From the NCBI GenBank assembly GCA_023129165.1, contig JAGMCL010000133.1:10668-74667 (forward strand): DNA of 64,000 nt. The letters are read 5' to 3'. Position numbers and translations under genes: made by a program. The stretch comes from a candidate division WOR-3 bacterium. Lineage in GTDB: Bacteria > Hydrothermota > UBA3073. Under the pieces are notes generated by a model that was given only the letters and a program-made list of their open reading frames with translations, had not been told where the DNA came from and did not search any database. This document shows positions 54,626 to 63,679 of the stretch, piece by piece (position 1 is the first letter of the stretch; each line of letters starts with the position of its first letter).

Positions 54626-56404
54626 CTACAAAGGTTCCCGTATCCATTCGACAAGAAATAGGGGTTCTGAATTCAAATGAAGGTCAAATATTTGATTGGG
54701 TCCCATTGGGCCTTGTGGAGCCATTAATCCTTCCATTCGACCCTTTGGTGGTCTAACACCATGTGGCTTATTTATGTATGTAGGTCTTAATTCAGGAAGT
54801 TCGATTTCTATTATATTAACAAGCTTATCATATTCTGATAATTGCGGTTTATACATAGAGATTTGTTCTTCGCTGGCAATTATATATACCTTATATTTTT
54901 CCCCTGCCCATAACCAAACATCAAAAGAAAAGGTTTCAAAACGTTCCTTACCCGTAAGCTCTGCGTATTTAATGCGTGCTTCAATGTTTCTTAACTCCCT
55001 CTTTTTAGGAATACCATGGTCTTGTATAAACCACTTTCGAGGTTTAGGTTCTGGAGACTTCAAGATTGATGCATCGATAAGTCGCCAACTACCAATGAAG
55101 TCGAGATGTTGATTGATTCCTTCGTTTGCTATCAAGATGCTGCCTGGATTAACATTTTCTTCAATTATACCTGTTACCTTTGTAAGAACAGCGTTCCGTT
55201 CTTTTAGATACTGCAAAGAGCGAATAGAGGGCGGAAGTTCCCACAAAATAGTAATCAACAAAAGTACAATAGAAAAAGACCAGGATAGATGATAACGATT
55301 ATTGGTAACCATCTTTAAGAGCCAGACTCCAGCAATTGCGTAAATATAAAAGGTCGGTAATAAAAACCTCATTGATTGAGGATCGGGTTTCCAGAAATAC
55401 GACATGTAAAGTAATGTTACTGGCAGAACAAGCAAAAAAAACGATAAACCCTGTTTCCATGTCTTTCTACGAGTGCATAAAACAATAATACCGATAATTC
55501 CAAGAACGAATACTAAGCCACATCCTTCAAGCAAAAGCTTTTGTATGTATATGAGATAGTAACTTATAATATAGTTAAAACCAAATTGTGACGGCTCATT
55601 TGATAAGGCATAACCTGTTTTCCAGAAAACACCAAAAGCCATCTGATTTCGAATACACAACGCACCAATGGGAATTGCAGCTCCAATGACAAAAGATACA
55701 AGGGAAGACCAAAACATCCTATTTCTTTTTATATGCAATAAAACGAAAATTCCAAATCCTATACAAAACAATATTTCAGGATATCGAATGGTTGGAATGA
55801 TGCCCAAAAAAAGACCCGCAGCAAAAGCCCACCAGGATGAACGGGTTTTTATCCATAAAGCGAGGAAAAATAGCGCCCATATTAGAAAAAAGATTATAGC
55901 TGTATGAGAATCGCCGAAAAGGGCATGTTCGTTTGCAAAGTGATTAACAGCCATAAGTGCTACAGCCAGTAATGCCCAGCCTTTTCCAACCCACAATCGG
56001 CACAGAAGAAATAATCCGAGTAAAGATAACGAAAACATCAGAGGATTAACAAGCAATGCTGCTTTTGGTCCAAAAATTTTATATACAACTGCAAGTATTG
56101 CAGGAAAGCCTGGTGGAAAGGTAGTAAAATAATGGTTATCACCTTTATAAAGCCAGTGGGGTCCGATATACTGTAATATCGATTCAGGCTCAAGATACGT
56201 TTTACCTTGTCTGGCAATCAACCTTGCCTCGGCAAAATAGCCCTGTGCATCGGGCGTAGAAATAGCCGGTTCAAAAAAAATCAGGAGGAAGACAAAGTGG
56301 ACTAAAATAAGCAAAAGGGCAAGTAGTGTGAAAGGAATCTTCCGTCTGTATCGAGTTCCACTTTCTATAGTTGTTTCAGCATTTGAAATATTTAAAGTAC
56401 TCAT
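54626..56404 (-). CDS. ArnT/PMT-like glycosyltransferase family 39 membrane protein
   Basis: Around 11 TM helices with an N-terminal periplasmic-loop D/E motif region (STPDAQGYFAEARL) and a soluble C-terminal domain. Confidence 0.6.
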   Translation of the reverse strand: MSTLNISNAETTIESGTRYRRKIPFTLLALLLILVHFVFLLIFFEPAISTPDAQGYFAEARLIARQGKTYLEPESILQYIGPHWLYKGDNHYFTTFPPGFPAILAVVYKIFGPKAALLVNPLMFSLSLLGLFLLCRLWVGKGWALLAVALMAVNHFANEHALFGDSHTAIIFFLIWALFFLALWIKTRSSWWAFAAGLFLGIIPTIRYPEILFCIGFGIFVLLHIKRNRMFWSSLVSFVIGAAIPIGALCIRNQMAFGVFWKTGYALSNEPSQFGFNYIISYYLIYIQKLLLEGCGLVFVLGIIGIIVLCTRRKTWKQGLSFFLLVLPVTLLYMSYFWKPDPQSMRFLLPTFYIYAIAGVWLLKMVTNNRYHLSWSFSIVLLLITILWELPPSIRSLQYLKERNAVLTKVTGIIEENVNPGSILIANEGINQHLDFIGSWRLIDASILKSPEPKPRKWFIQDHGIPKKRELRNIEARIKYAELTGKERFETFSFDVWLWAGEKYKVYIIASEEQISMYKPQLSEYDKLVNIIEIELPELRPTYINKPHGVRPPKGRMEGLMAPQGPMGPNQIFDLHLNSEPLFLVEWIREPL

Positions 56405-56439
56405 GCTATATTATAAGATAATATCATAAATTCAATCCC

Positions 56440-57327
56440 TTATGGGAAATATCCTGCTCCCACAATCAGCACTCTACCATCGATTTCAATCTTTTTCACA
56501 TAGACCATTTTTCTTGAAGGTTCAGTTTCACCAGGTTTAGGCCACATATACTCCATCCAGCATTCATCTTGAGTTTGTAGAAGTTCTAATTCTTCACGGA
56601 TGAAATATTTTCCATTCGAATCTTGAAGGTCGTAAAGATTTTGTCCTTCTAAATCCGGGAAAGCTGGATTTAATATTTCATCTCCTTTCATATCTTTTAT
56701 AAACACATAACTATCTAAAAAGATAAACTCACTGGCACTTGAGCGCATCTCTTCTATGGCAGCCAATCCCTTATCCTTAAGAAGCTTAATAGCATTATCT
56801 ACTGCATTCACAATAAATAACCTTTCACATTTCATGTTATAAAGCCCACTTCCAACAAGATAGACCTTTCCTGATGGCGCCTTCGCTCTCTTCAAATACG
56901 TGCTTTTCCAGGTTGGTGTTTCCTCACCAGGTTTAGGCCATTCACAATGAACCCAGCCTTCTTCTTTTTCACCGGAAACTGCCCTAACAATCATCTTCCC
57001 GATTGGTTTCCCGTCAATATCCTTTAAATCCAACATGTTCTCGCCTTCACCTTCAGGGTCTGGTGGGTAAACATATCTCATTCCATCCAAACCCCAAACA
57101 AAGATATACATATCGTCATGTTGCCACTTGCTGTCTTTTATGCGAAATTCGGGAAAACATTCCTCTCCATCCTTTTCTATCAAATCAGTAGCAGAATTAA
57201 CAAAGGCTACCAACTTAATAGTTTCTTCATACTCATACACTGGTTTATCCAAAGCCTTTTCTGTTACACAGGCATAGAGGAACAATAAACCTATGATTAT
57301 ACTAACAATCCCACACCTTGCAGCCAT
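56440..57327 (-). CDS. lipoprotein with two Cache-like (sCache_2) sensor modules
   Basis: Lipobox LFLYAC. The block YIFVWGLDGMRYVYPPDP ... GWVHCEWPKPGE is duplicated as YVFIKDMKGDEILNPAFP ... CWMEYMWPKPGE. Confidence 0.55.
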   Translation of the reverse strand: MAARCGIVSIIIGLLFLYACVTEKALDKPVYEYEETIKLVAFVNSATDLIEKDGEECFPEFRIKDSKWQHDDMYIFVWGLDGMRYVYPPDPEGEGENMLDLKDIDGKPIGKMIVRAVSGEKEEGWVHCEWPKPGEETPTWKSTYLKRAKAPSGKVYLVGSGLYNMKCERLFIVNAVDNAIKLLKDKGLAAIEEMRSSASEFIFLDSYVFIKDMKGDEILNPAFPDLEGQNLYDLQDSNGKYFIREELELLQTQDECWMEYMWPKPGETEPSRKMVYVKKIEIDGRVLIVGAGYFP

Positions 57328-57333
57328 TCTACC

Positions 57334-57397
57334 CTCCTTAGTATAATATTCATTATATATGCTTACTCAGATATTTAACTACATCACACTTTTTAGT
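57334..57397 (-). promoter_or_regulatory. portable 65-bp leader/promoter-like element, copy 3
   Basis: Minus strand reads ...tagttaaatatctgagtaagcatatATAATgaatATTATactaaggagggtagaATG (Cache lipoprotein). Confidence 0.55.
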
Positions 57398-57522
57398 GGG
57401 TTTGTGTCTTAGGGTCGACACTGTTTATTGAGTTTACCCAGTTTGTTGTGTTTGTTGGGTTGACTTTTTACTTGTCCTTAAATCGTAAATCTAAAATCCA
57501 AAATCTTAAATTCCAAGTCCCT

Positions 57523-57551
57523 GTTATAATTAGTCTTAGAGTCTTTGTCAA
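57523..57551 (-). promoter_or_regulatory. sigma70-type promoter (TTGACA - 17 bp - TATAAC)
   Basis: Reverse complement reads TTGACAaagactctaagactaatTATAAC. Confidence 0.5.
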
Positions 57552-57574
57552 TAAGGACTATTTTATCAAATTAT

Positions 57575-57603
57575 ATTATAACACAACCTGAAGGAAAAAT
57601 CAA
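57575..57603 (-). promoter_or_regulatory. sigma70-type promoter (TTGATT - 17 bp - TGtTATAAT)
   Basis: Reverse complement reads cTTGATTtttccttcaggttgtgtTATAAT, in tandem with the promoter at 57523-57551. Confidence 0.6.
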
Positions 57604-57632
57604 GAAAAAAATCAGCTGATTTAGCGGATTAT

Positions 57633-57668
57633 ATAAAAGGGACAGGTTAATTTTCCTGTCCCTTTTTT
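57633..57668. terminator. bidirectional rho-independent terminator (after the arfB-like gene)
   Basis: GGGACAGGttaattttCCTGTCCC is flanked by an A-run on one side and a T-run on the other. Confidence 0.7.
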
Positions 57669-57697
57669 CTGGTTTTTTTATACTGACACAAAATTCT

Positions 57698-58048
57698 TCA
57701 ATCTACTATATCATATCCATCTACATCTATCTTCTTTCTAAGTTTCTTTTTATCAGCTAACTCTTTTTTTTCTTTTAACTCTTTCTCTCTTACCCCTCTT
57801 GATTTCTTTGTCGGTATTCTTGGCTTTTTGGGTCTATTTAGCTCTTCAAGTTTCTCTTGTAATCTCTCAAAAGCCAGCTCTCTATTCTTCGCCTGAGACC
57901 TGTGCTCTGTGGCTATAACAGTAATACCAGAGGAAGGATGATAAATTCTAACAGCAGTTTCCCGTTTATTCTTCCGTTGACCACCTGGTCCACTACTTTT
58001 AAAGAAGGTAACCTCAATTTCCTTTTCCAATTTACCTTTTTCACACAT
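57698..58048 (-). CDS. arfB: GGQ-domain peptidyl-tRNA hydrolase (ArfB/YaeJ-like ribosome rescue factor)
   Basis: SSGPGGQRKNK motif, RF-1 domain core and a Lys/Arg-rich C-terminal tail. Confidence 0.75.
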   Translation of the reverse strand: MCEKGKLEKEIEVTFFKSSGPGGQRKNKRETAVRIYHPSSGITVIATEHRSQAKNRELAFERLQEKLEELNRPKKPRIPTKKSRGVREKELKEKKELADKKKLRKKIDVDGYDIVD

Positions 58049-58066
58049 ATTGTTTTTAGGAAAAGA

Positions 58067-58250
58067 AAATGGGGGTCAGGCTAAGAGATAAGTGATAACT
58101 GCTTGGCATAAAGGGAAAGTTATAGTAGTTTTGTAATACGCTTAGAAAACCGAGGATAGAATATGAAGGAGTTTTTTTGTTATGTGATATCTCGTGGTAA
58201 AAGGAGTGAGTTTATATTCTATCTCTTATCTCTTAGCCTGACCCCTATTT
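58067..58250. mobile_element. MITE-like element, ~180 bp, 21-bp perfect (26-bp imperfect) terminal inverted repeats
   Basis: GGGGTCAGGCTAAGAGATAAG at 58072-58092 and its exact reverse complement at 58225-58245. A nested inner inverted repeat (gatagaatat / atattctatc) is present. No ORF. Confidence 0.7.
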
Positions 58251-58253
58251 CCC

Positions 58254-58859
58254 TTAGTCCCTCAACTTAAATCTTACAGGATAAACAAGCCAAACTCTCA
58301 CAGGTTTATCTCTCTGCTTTGCAGGGGTAAATCTACAGGTGCGGGCAGCCTTTACCGCCGCCTCATCAAACACAGAGTTTAAGGATTTAACCACCTTGAT
58401 GTCTATCACACAACCGGTGGTATCGAGGAGAAGCTTGAGAAGAACAACTCCCTCTATTCCCGCCTGTCTCCCAATCTCAGGATATTCGGGTTTGGTCATA
58501 TACAATAATTCTGGTTCTTTATCATAGGCTACAAAATCGGGTGTCACTGTGGACGGTGTCGATGGCACCTTCTCAAATCCCGTGAAGCCTGTGGGATCTA
58601 TGGTCGCCTGTTCCACTTCCTCCGGTGTCTCTGCCTCAACAGGCATCCTTGGTTTGGGAGGTGGAGGTGGCTCTGCGAGTTGCTTAATCTCTGATGGTAG
58701 TTCTGTAACGATAATCCCTTTCTCCACTCTCTGCCTATAAGGATTGGGTGCGCTCTCCGGGATGAAGAGCACAGCAACCATCACAATTACTAACCCGCAC
58801 ACCCATCCAATCTTTAGATACTCTCCTCCTTTTTCCTCTATGTCAAAACTTCTCTTCAT
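58254..58859 (-). CDS. tonB: TonB-family energy transducer
   Basis: N-terminal TM, Pro-rich spacer (EPPPPPKPRMP) and a C-terminal TonB_C fold (GIEGVVLLKLLLDTTG ... VRVWLVYPVRF). Start at MKRSFD follows a GGAGG RBS. Confidence 0.8.
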   Translation of the reverse strand: MKRSFDIEEKGGEYLKIGWVCGLVIVMVAVLFIPESAPNPYRQRVEKGIIVTELPSEIKQLAEPPPPPKPRMPVEAETPEEVEQATIDPTGFTGFEKVPSTPSTVTPDFVAYDKEPELLYMTKPEYPEIGRQAGIEGVVLLKLLLDTTGCVIDIKVVKSLNSVFDEAAVKAARTCRFTPAKQRDKPVRVWLVYPVRFKLRD

Positions 58860-58873
58860 TTTTATCCTCCAAA

Positions 58874-60628
58874 TTATCTTATTAACAGGCATTTCCTTGT
58901 GGCAACTGTTTTGCCATCAACTTCTAATTTACAGAGATATATTCCAGATGGAACAGGTTTGTCGTTTTTATCAGTACCATTCCATTCCACTTTAGTCATT
59001 GGACTTTGGTCACTTATCATTGGGCTGAGAGTTTTTAAAAGTTGTCCTCTGACATTGTAGATTTTTATCCCTTTTAATTTGTGTAAATCTGTGGCTGAAA
59101 AAGAAATCGTGGTTGAAGCGTTGAATGGATTCGGGAAGTTTATTAACTGATACCCATATTTTTCGGCTATCTCTGGCAAATTTTCGATACCCGTCAAATC
59201 TATATCCAGAACTGTACATAATTCAATTGGGTCTATTTCTCCAAAGTTTGTAGTTCCGCTGTAAGCGAAGCGTCCATGAGCCATATAGTGAAGGCTAATA
59301 ATTGGAAATTCAATTGAGGTTCCTTGAATAGGGTCGACAATGGTAGTAAGACCCATATTTACAGTTTCCCCACAGATTTCGCATTGTTCAACTCCATAAA
59401 CCAGGTGGTATTGTATATAAATCTGATCAGTTGGTGTTGTCCCCCCCGATGCCTCAGGTAAATCGCTAATATGCTCAATGATAGCCTCTGTAATCTCCTG
59501 TCCGTCATCTATTCCAATATTATGGGTGTGAGGATTGTCTGGATTCATATCGAAATGTTCTTCGGAAGCATTATTCAGTCCGTCATTATCAATATCAGAA
59601 GCAGTTTCAATTACCAGGTGTTGAGTATCGAAAGGTGCCAAAACTTCTTTCAAAAGTTCAATATCTACACGAGAAGAATCTCCTTCAATGATATAAGAAA
59701 AACTACCATGCTCCATAAAGTGCATTGCCATATAAGGGACTTGAATTACAAAATTACGAAGCGGGTTATACACATCTACATAGCCCATATTTGCGGTTTC
59801 TCCACAGATCGGGCAGGTGTAATGCCCGTATGTATAATTATCACAAGCATAGCAGGTAGTGTCTGATTCTTCCCTTGGAAGATAATCAATGATAGTTTTA
59901 TATGATTTTGCAATGGAGTCTGCAGAAGTAGGATATAGATGAAAACATTGAGTGCCCAAAAGAACTTCCTCTCTATAACTGAGAAAATCGTTGTCAATAT
60001 CATCTTGTACTGTTAACCAATGTTCATCTGCGTGTAGTTGGCTGTTAACTATAAGAGGTACACCAAGAGCAATCAAAAAAGAAGTAGCAATAGGTAAGGA
60101 TTTTCTACAAAGACCTGTAATAGGATTGTTGAGATGTGTAGAACTGGCTTCTGTAAAAATATACTCACATTCATTGTGGATTTTCTGATAGTAGGGGATA
60201 AGAGAAGGAGTGTTTCTGCAATCTGGACAAATCCAATGGAAAAGAAGTTTCTGTTCCCTTCCAATATATGGATTTTTGGTGTACCCATTTTCTACGAAGT
60301 TTTTCACACAGCAATAAGGATAACCGAAAAGGAATCCTTGTTTTACTCTGTCGGATTTTTTTGTAGCAATTGGCTTATTTTCAAAGCTCTTCAGGTAGCT
60401 GTCTAAATATCTTGATTTAGTGCCAAAGATAGTTTCGAATGTATATTTTCCATTTAAGAGTTTTCGCTCTACATTTTCAACCTTCAGACCGTATCTTTTC
60501 AAGATATTGGAATCTCTTGAGTTTATCGGGATTCCCTTTTCCCAGCGGCTTAAAGGCTTAACCTGTTGTTTGGTTAGCAGAGCTAAATAAGCCAGCTGAA
60601 AGTCTAATTTTGACAACGGATTTTTCAT
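58874..60628 (-). CDS. chimeric membrane protein: XRE-like HTH + GYPxCC domain + TM + duplicated Cys-ribbon modules + T9SS C-terminal domain
   Basis: QLAYLALLTKQQVKPLSRWEKG (HTH-like), FLFGYPYCC, TM LPIATSFLIALGVPLIV, repeats CPICGETANMG / CEICGETVNMG, and a tail FPNPFN ... IYNVRGQLL ... WNGTD ... GIYLCKL. Confidence 0.55.
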   Translation of the reverse strand: MKNPLSKLDFQLAYLALLTKQQVKPLSRWEKGIPINSRDSNILKRYGLKVENVERKLLNGKYTFETIFGTKSRYLDSYLKSFENKPIATKKSDRVKQGFLFGYPYCCVKNFVENGYTKNPYIGREQKLLFHWICPDCRNTPSLIPYYQKIHNECEYIFTEASSTHLNNPITGLCRKSLPIATSFLIALGVPLIVNSQLHADEHWLTVQDDIDNDFLSYREEVLLGTQCFHLYPTSADSIAKSYKTIIDYLPREESDTTCYACDNYTYGHYTCPICGETANMGYVDVYNPLRNFVIQVPYMAMHFMEHGSFSYIIEGDSSRVDIELLKEVLAPFDTQHLVIETASDIDNDGLNNASEEHFDMNPDNPHTHNIGIDDGQEITEAIIEHISDLPEASGGTTPTDQIYIQYHLVYGVEQCEICGETVNMGLTTIVDPIQGTSIEFPIISLHYMAHGRFAYSGTTNFGEIDPIELCTVLDIDLTGIENLPEIAEKYGYQLINFPNPFNASTTISFSATDLHKLKGIKIYNVRGQLLKTLSPMISDQSPMTKVEWNGTDKNDKPVPSGIYLCKLEVDGKTVATRKCLLIR

Positions 60629-60848
60629 CTTGACCTCCCGGTATATTACCTTTGAACTTATCTTTCAATATGGTTATGAGAAAAAGAGAATGTATATCCG
60701 GTAAGTAGTTCCTTACGAAAAATATGAGGCACAACTACGGCATAGACTGTGGTAGGAATACGAAGTAAAACAAGTGTGGGTTCTTTTGACTTCTCTGTAC
60801 TTGTCTCTGCTCTTTATTTCTTATTATTTCAAATAACTCTCCTCTATA

Positions 60849-60877
60849 ATTATACTACAAAATTAAGTAAAAGTCAA
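60849..60877 (-). promoter_or_regulatory. sigma70-type promoter (TTGACT - 17 bp - TATAAT)
   Basis: Reverse complement reads cTTGACTtttacttaattttgtagTATAAT, ~220 nt upstream of the 58874-60628 gene. Confidence 0.6.
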
Positions 60878-61270
60878 GAAAAAAAATCATCGGTTTTCGA
60901 GTACATGACCCTATAGGGATGTATGTAGAGCAAGTATTAGCTTTGTAAAAATCCAACTAAATATTCCTTCTCACTCAAATTAAAGAGCAAATTCCGTGTC
61001 AGAATTTGCTAATCCTGAAATAGCAGTAAATAACTAATATAGGGGGCAATAAGACCGTGCAATTTTTGCAAAATCTGTGCAATAATTGCAGTTAATCATT
61101 GTTTTGCTTTTCCTTCGTTCCTCTGTACAATACCTGGAACCAATATGGAGGGAAGGCTCCTTTCAGGTCTTGGTACTCTTGTTGCGGATTGAAGGGATTA
61201 AACAGATGTTTTCAGCGGATTAAGCGCCTGCCTGCCGGTAGGCAGGGATTAAGCGGATTTATCGGATTAT

Positions 61271-61360
61271 AAAAATTAGCCTGTTTGCTTTTAAAATAAA
61301 GTCTCGTTATAACTCTATATATTCGAAGTGATTACTGAGAACTGATACCAATTTTATTCC
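61271..61360 (+). repeat. cassette-junction repeat, copy A (right half only)
   Basis: ttagcctgtttgcttttaaaataaagtctcgttataactctatatattcgaagtgattactgagaactgataccaatttta aligns with 63377-63460. Confidence 0.7.
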
Positions 61361-61680
61361 ACAACCTCGATTGTATTCCAAGCAGAGAAAGGGATTTGAA
61401 TATTTAAGTTAACACACTCCGCAAGCTTACACCTTTTTTAAGATGTCAAGTAAACTTAAAACTAAAGACCTGACCCCATTTCTACAATATATTTTCATTC
61501 AAGCCTTCAATGAGGTCTTTATATTTAGTTTTGTCAAATTGCTTTGAGGTTGGACGTGAAATATTCATATCACTATTCAAATTATTTGTTTAAGAGCAAA
61601 GCACAACTTTTTGCAGAAAAGTCTTAATACTAAGACTGCCAAATCAAATCTACAAATTTAACTTTCAAAGAATTTATCTC

Positions 61681-62298
61681 TTATATCTCAGCCTGACCCC
61701 GATTTTCTATCCTTTTTCCCTCCATTATTTCCTCTTCCCATAATTTTTGTACTTTGTTCTTACAATCAATACAAAAAATGTATGTGGAACATTCATAATT
61801 CATTATACATTCTGGTTTAGGTGGATGATGATGACGATTTAAACCTAGCATATGAGCAAATTCATGTCTTACAGCTTCTCTATGAGTGTATCTCAAAATT
61901 ACTAATCCGTCATCAACTCCGATTCCGTAAATAGCATTCGACTGAGACGGTTTACTACAAAATTCATATTTTTCTTTATCTATAAGTATCACAATACCGT
62001 ATTCTAATTTCCCTTTTTTTCTGAATTCTCTTAGTTCATCCTCAAATTTTTCATAATTAATTCTATTATTTTCCACTGATTTAGAAACAATTTCTTTTAT
62101 GAACCTTAAATCATCCGCTTGTTCTGAATTTCCATCTATTACATTTATGGGAATTTTAAACTCATCAATGAGTTTTGATATGTATCCAATAACAGATGAC
62201 TTATTATCGCTAAGTGAATCATCTATTACAAATACTATTACTTTTTTAAACTTTTCCCATTCCCAACGGGGTTCTATTCCCCAATCTTTAGATTTCAT
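61681..62298 (-). CDS. metzincin-like zinc metalloprotease resembling archaemetzincin (M54)
   Basis: HEFAHMLGL zinc site followed by CIM and a CxxxxxCxxC cluster. Spacing differs from the canonical archaemetzincin motif. The last 8 codons lie in a solo MITE-end-like sequence. Confidence 0.5.
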   Translation of the reverse strand: MKSKDWGIEPRWEWEKFKKVIVFVIDDSLSDNKSSVIGYISKLIDEFKIPINVIDGNSEQADDLRFIKEIVSKSVENNRINYEKFEDELREFRKKGKLEYGIVILIDKEKYEFCSKPSQSNAIYGIGVDDGLVILRYTHREAVRHEFAHMLGLNRHHHPPKPECIMNYECSTYIFCIDCKNKVQKLWEEEIMEGKRIENRGQAEI

Positions 62299-62428
62299 TT
62301 TTTATAACCTCTAGATCCTCCCATAAGGATAATGTCTGATAACTTGTTTATATCCGCAGCTAATTGCGGATATACTTTCCTATAACTGCTCTTTCTCTTT
62401 TCATTACAACGGTATCTCTATCTTTAAT

Positions 62429-62457
62429 ATTATAACATAATCCTCAGAAAAAATCAA
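62429..62457 (-). promoter_or_regulatory. sigma70-type promoter (TTGATT - 17 bp - TGtTATAAT)
   Basis: Reverse complement reads cTTGATTttttctgaggattatgtTATAAT. Confidence 0.6.
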
Positions 62458-62529
62458 GTAAAAACTTACATCAGATGGGAAGATAAAGATATGGTTATCA
62501 GTGGGTTACCCAGGATGTTATTAGAGATG

Positions 62530-62703
62530 CAATTTATGGAGCACTATGCAAATAGTGCTACCACTTAACATCGATGGAATTTGTTGAAGCAGGGTGCAAA
62601 TCCGATCTATGACGGAAGGTAAAGAAATAGATTGTGAGCGAAATAAGTAGCCTGTCCCCTTTTTCTAAACTTAAAAGATTATTGAGAAGTAACACCATTT
62701 TTC
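62530..62703 (+). repeat. cassette-junction repeat, copy B
   Basis: Shares caatttatGGAGCACTATgcaaATAGTGCTaCC...attgtgagcg..aagtagcctgtcccctttt...attattgagaagtaacaccattttt with copy C. Confidence 0.75.
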
Positions 62704-62740
62704 TGCTACTAGTGAATAACAACATAATAGGATAGTAGAA

Positions 62741-63271
62741 TCATACAGTTATTAATGAACGTGATTTAATTTCATCTACTATCTTATCTACTATTGGTTC
62801 TATTGGTCTTGTTCCTAAAGTTTTGTCTGTTTTTTTGAAAAAGAAGGATAGACCTTTTTCATCCAACAGGCGATATATACCCTGTCTAAGATTTATCTGT
62901 AATAAGTAAGGGAGTGTATCAATATTTCTCTTTGTCATTTCGTTAATAAAATCCCTCATTCGAGCTAATTGAATATCTTTAGGGAAACTAAAGCTATTTA
63001 TTGCACCCTTTAGCTCAATTATTACAAATTTTCCCTCTTTGCATCCAATAAAATCAAATGGGACACCTTGAAATTCATGAATACTGGGACCTTCGATAAC
63101 CTTGTCAAAATGCTCATACTCAGTTAATATATCCTTTGCTATAATCTTGTAGGATTTTTCCTTTTCAGTTTTATTCTTAGTGTGAACAATCTTTTCGATT
63201 ATATTTGCGTACTTATTTTTGTCAAAAGGTGAGAATATAATTTTGCTTTGAAGACTTACCATATCGAGCAA
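62741..63271 (-). CDS. hypothetical protein with possible PD-(D/E)XK nuclease core
   Basis: PFDFIG ... KFVIIELKG resembles a D...ExK restriction-endonuclease-like motif. TTG start in the track; first ATG at 63262. Confidence 0.35.
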   Translation of the reverse strand: MLDMVSLQSKIIFSPFDKNKYANIIEKIVHTKNKTEKEKSYKIIAKDILTEYEHFDKVIEGPSIHEFQGVPFDFIGCKEGKFVIIELKGAINSFSFPKDIQLARMRDFINEMTKRNIDTLPYLLQINLRQGIYRLLDEKGLSFFFKKTDKTLGTRPIEPIVDKIVDEIKSRSLITV

Positions 63272-63292
63272 CTCCTTCTGGTGTTATAGACA

Positions 63293-63460
63293 CAATTTAT
63301 GGAGCACTATACAAATAGTGCTACCATTTAACATCTATTGAATTTGATGTAAAAAAAGAAATTGTGAGCGGGAAAAGTAGCCTGTCCCCTTTTTTAAAAT
63401 GACGTATCGTTATAACTCTTTATATTCGAAAGCATTACTGAGAACTGACACCAATTTTAC
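63293..63460 (+). repeat. cassette-junction repeat, copy C (full length)
   Basis: The left half matches copy B and the right half matches copy A. Its right edge coincides with the premature stop of the DUF2188 fragment. Confidence 0.75.
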
Positions 63461-63540
63461 TTTTTCACAGCCCAACCGTCTTTTCTCGATATTACATGGA
63501 CTCTTGTGCTGGATTTGCTTTTTCCTGTTTTTTTAGCCAT
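63457..63540 (-). pseudogene. DUF2188-like gene truncated after 27 codons
   Basis: MAKKTGKSKSSTRVHVISRKDGWAVKK-stop. The VxxxxDGWAVKK block is the conserved start of DUF2188 proteins (usually ~70 aa). The ORF ends where the repeat begins. Confidence 0.45.
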
Positions 63541-63679
63541 TTTATTTCCTTAGAATTACAACAAATCTCTATTTTCTATTATATTTTAGACTAATCCTAC
63601 AATTCTTCATAATTTGAGGCTCCTAGCCTTGATTTTTCCTTCCTCATAATCTAGTTCACCATAAACCATACCAACGAAC

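Noticed and set aside
61034-61099. 21-codon Cys-rich minus-strand ORF (MINCNYCTDFAKIARSYCPLY) in the 1-kb gene-free region, considered as a possible RiPP or leader peptide.
   Set aside because: It has no Shine-Dalgarno, no neighbouring maturation genes, and its length is compatible with chance.
62530-63460. Integron attC sites. A GTTAAGT/GTTAAAT match to the GTTRRRY core is conserved in junction repeats B and C.
   Set aside because: I could not find a matching inverse core (RYYYAAC) positioned to pair across the element. The only strong dyad is a short local hairpin, and no integrase is in the window. It is kept only as something to test with IntegronFinder.
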